Below, in pieces: positions 61,885-64,000 of a stretch of DNA of 64,000 nt. The DNA is from Podarcis erhardii (taxonomy: Eukaryota). Numbering within the stretch: position 1 is the first letter of the stretch; every line of letters begins with the position of its first letter. The notes under the pieces were generated by a model that had not been told where the DNA came from, made no database searches, and saw only the letters and a program-made list of their open reading frames with translations. Position numbers and translations under genes: made by a program. The stretch lies in assembly GCA_964252035.1 (NCBI GenBank), contig OZ176209.1, one strand, 5' to 3'.

Positions 61885-62000
61885 CGGTAGCCATTGTGGT
61901 ATACTCCAGATGTTGCATGACTACAGCTCCCATCATCCCTGACCACTGACCATGCTGGCTAGAGCTGATAGGAGTTGGATTTCAACAACATCTGCCCCTA
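61885..62000. mobile_element. hAT-type MITE (same family as 16993)
   Basis: ctccagatgttgcatgactacagctcccatcatccctgaccactgaccatgctggctagagctgataggagttgg..aacaacatctg. Confidence 0.7.
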
Positions 62001-62764
62001 TTCCTAGACAAAGGCAGACTCTGTATTATTTTTCTAACTCATCAAGGTAGTAGTAGTAGTTATCCATAGCAAATCTTTGAGCAAAGTTTTTTATGTGTAA
62101 TAAAGTTCACCATAGCATTAGTCCAGCAAAGAGGAAGTTCGTATTAAATGCATTTAAAGCTACCACTGCTATTTGGATGCAATGGTTTAGACTTACAACG
62201 GTAGGAAGAAGATTGCTTATGGAGAAATACTTTAATACGGAATGACATTCATGTGGTCAAATAGTAGCATCTTAGCACCAACATTTGATAATCATGTCCA
62301 ACAATTATTTTGATGGTTATATCATATAACTGTATAGAATTACTAAAAGAAACTATGGATATCATTTCCATTTGAACACTTGGCCTTTTTAATGAGTTAT
62401 ATAATGGGACTAGTAACTGAAGATGCTGAACTGGTAATACACATATTAAAAGTAGGAAAAATATAAATTGCATCAATATGGAAAATGCCAGATGTTCAAA
62501 CAAAAATGGAATAAAGAAAATAAAGAAGAAATTAAAAGCATAAAGAAATTATAGAATGTGACACGGCTAATGAAAATGGCATTGATACTGTCTAGAAACA
62601 ATTGGAAGATAAACAATAACTTTGTAAATAACTTGGAATAATGTCTATTTTTTAGATTCAATATAGTGTTAACCAATGTTCTATAATATTCTTTGTGCAT
62701 CCTCACATTATTTTGTTCTTGTTAAGTAAATAGTGATATAATTTTTTGTTTTAATAGTAAGAAT

Positions 62765-62870
62765 CGGAAGTGTACGTTTCAGCCATGGCATTGAACTTGT
62801 GGAATGCACCTTCTGAGGAAGGCACACCTGGCTCTTCTCACACTTGTTTCAGGCTAGAATAATTTTAAGC
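62765..62870 (+). mobile_element. Degraded LINE2-like fragment
   Basis: tttcagccatggca..aacttgtggaatgcaccttc..gaaggcacacctggctc resembles the L2 ORF2 C-terminal region. Confidence 0.45.
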
Positions 62871-64000
62871 CTGTCATACTTTTACTGATATCTGTGTGGG
62901 AGGTTTCAGGGTGGGTAAAAATGTAAAGTAAGAGTTAAAAACAAAAACAAAAACTATCTCTGATGGGCAAAACCCTGTGCAACATTACATGCATACAGGT
63001 TCTATTGCTTTCATTTGGAATTTTCTGTGTTTAACTGCTACCCAATTTGCAGCCAGTTATTAGAATGTTTCTCAAATCAGTTGAAATTTACTGTATATGT
63101 TTTTATATAATGCAAAGCAGGCATCAATGCCATAGCAAAATTGAATGCTCCTCTGCAAAGAGGATTAAGGTAAACCACCCAACAAAAACAAACAAACCTA
63201 CCCCTTAACCCACAGATGCTATGGGTAGTTTTAGACATGTGTTATTCAAGGTCAGAAGCCAAGCACCACACACATGCATAGCTATGACTAATACATCACT
63301 GAAAACGTGTATGATTATTCAGTTAACAAAGACCCAATTACATGAAATTATTTAAAAATCCAACACAAAACTACAACTTGCTAAGCTTATATGATTCTTC
63401 AGATTAAGCAAATCAAAACTGGCGATTTATCAAATGGTTGGAAAGAAATCCTTGTCATTGTGCAAATACGATTTGTAGATCATACATTTACATCCATTTA
63501 TTAATTTACAGAATGTAGTTTGTAATTAGATTTCAAAGTGCTTTAGAAAACAACATCTTAATTACAGAGGTAAGAATGGGTGTGTGTGAATAATTGGGTT
63601 TTTCATCAGGCAAAGCAATGCCTCCTCACAAACAAATTTAATGCAACATGTATGAAGAAGGCACCCTGCCAATCTCTCACAACAGGAATGTTTGGATTCT
63701 GCGAGTTACACATAAAATGCATGTTTGAAGTTAGGTAGCAGAGCAAGAAAGTGCTCCTCTGAATTCCCTTGCATGACTTGTTAGAGCCAACTCATTTCAG
63801 TCCCAACAAGTACCATCTCCATCCCTACAGACCTGCCCAGGGTTAAGATCCGCAGAGTTTAGGGCTTTACACACCAATGTGAGCAGCTTGTATTAGGCGT
63901 CCAAAATTAACAGCAGACTTGTTTTTGTTCTGGTGTATGCAATGCTTTTTTTCTGTTTTGCAGCTGTGCAGTATGTGTTCACATTGTATTGTAATGGCCA

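Overview
Vertebrate (squamate, most likely lacertid lizard, inferred from the Sauria/Squam SINE subtypes) genomic DNA lying entirely inside the L-type calcium channel gene CACNA1C (Cav1.2), transcribed on the minus strand. Two coding exons are present: exon 2 (59093-59414, 322 bp, N-terminus with the NSCaTE calmodulin site) and exon 3 (54459-54564, 106 bp, IS1). They are joined by a minor-spliceosome (U12-type) intron with non-canonical AT-AG ends. A competing AC acceptor 2 nt downstream, or intron retention, would each give an immediate stop. The rest is intron 1 (right end) and 54 kb of intron 3. These carry a nearly intact full-length CR1 LINE (3530-~7905), a young 5'-truncated non-CR1 LINE (RTE-X-like, 8551-10760), a tRNA-Lys/CR1-tail SINE, a 5S-ICR/CR1-tail chimera, a Penelope-type hairpin with a hammerhead-like core, Sauria/Squam2/Squam3 SINEs, L2 remnants, hAT/Harbinger/Tigger-like MITEs, microsatellites and several candidate enhancer-like segments. 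Repeat family names come from my recollection of consensus sequences, not from a database search. I found no prokaryote-type or convincingly new biological system; the other short ORFs in the track appear spurious.
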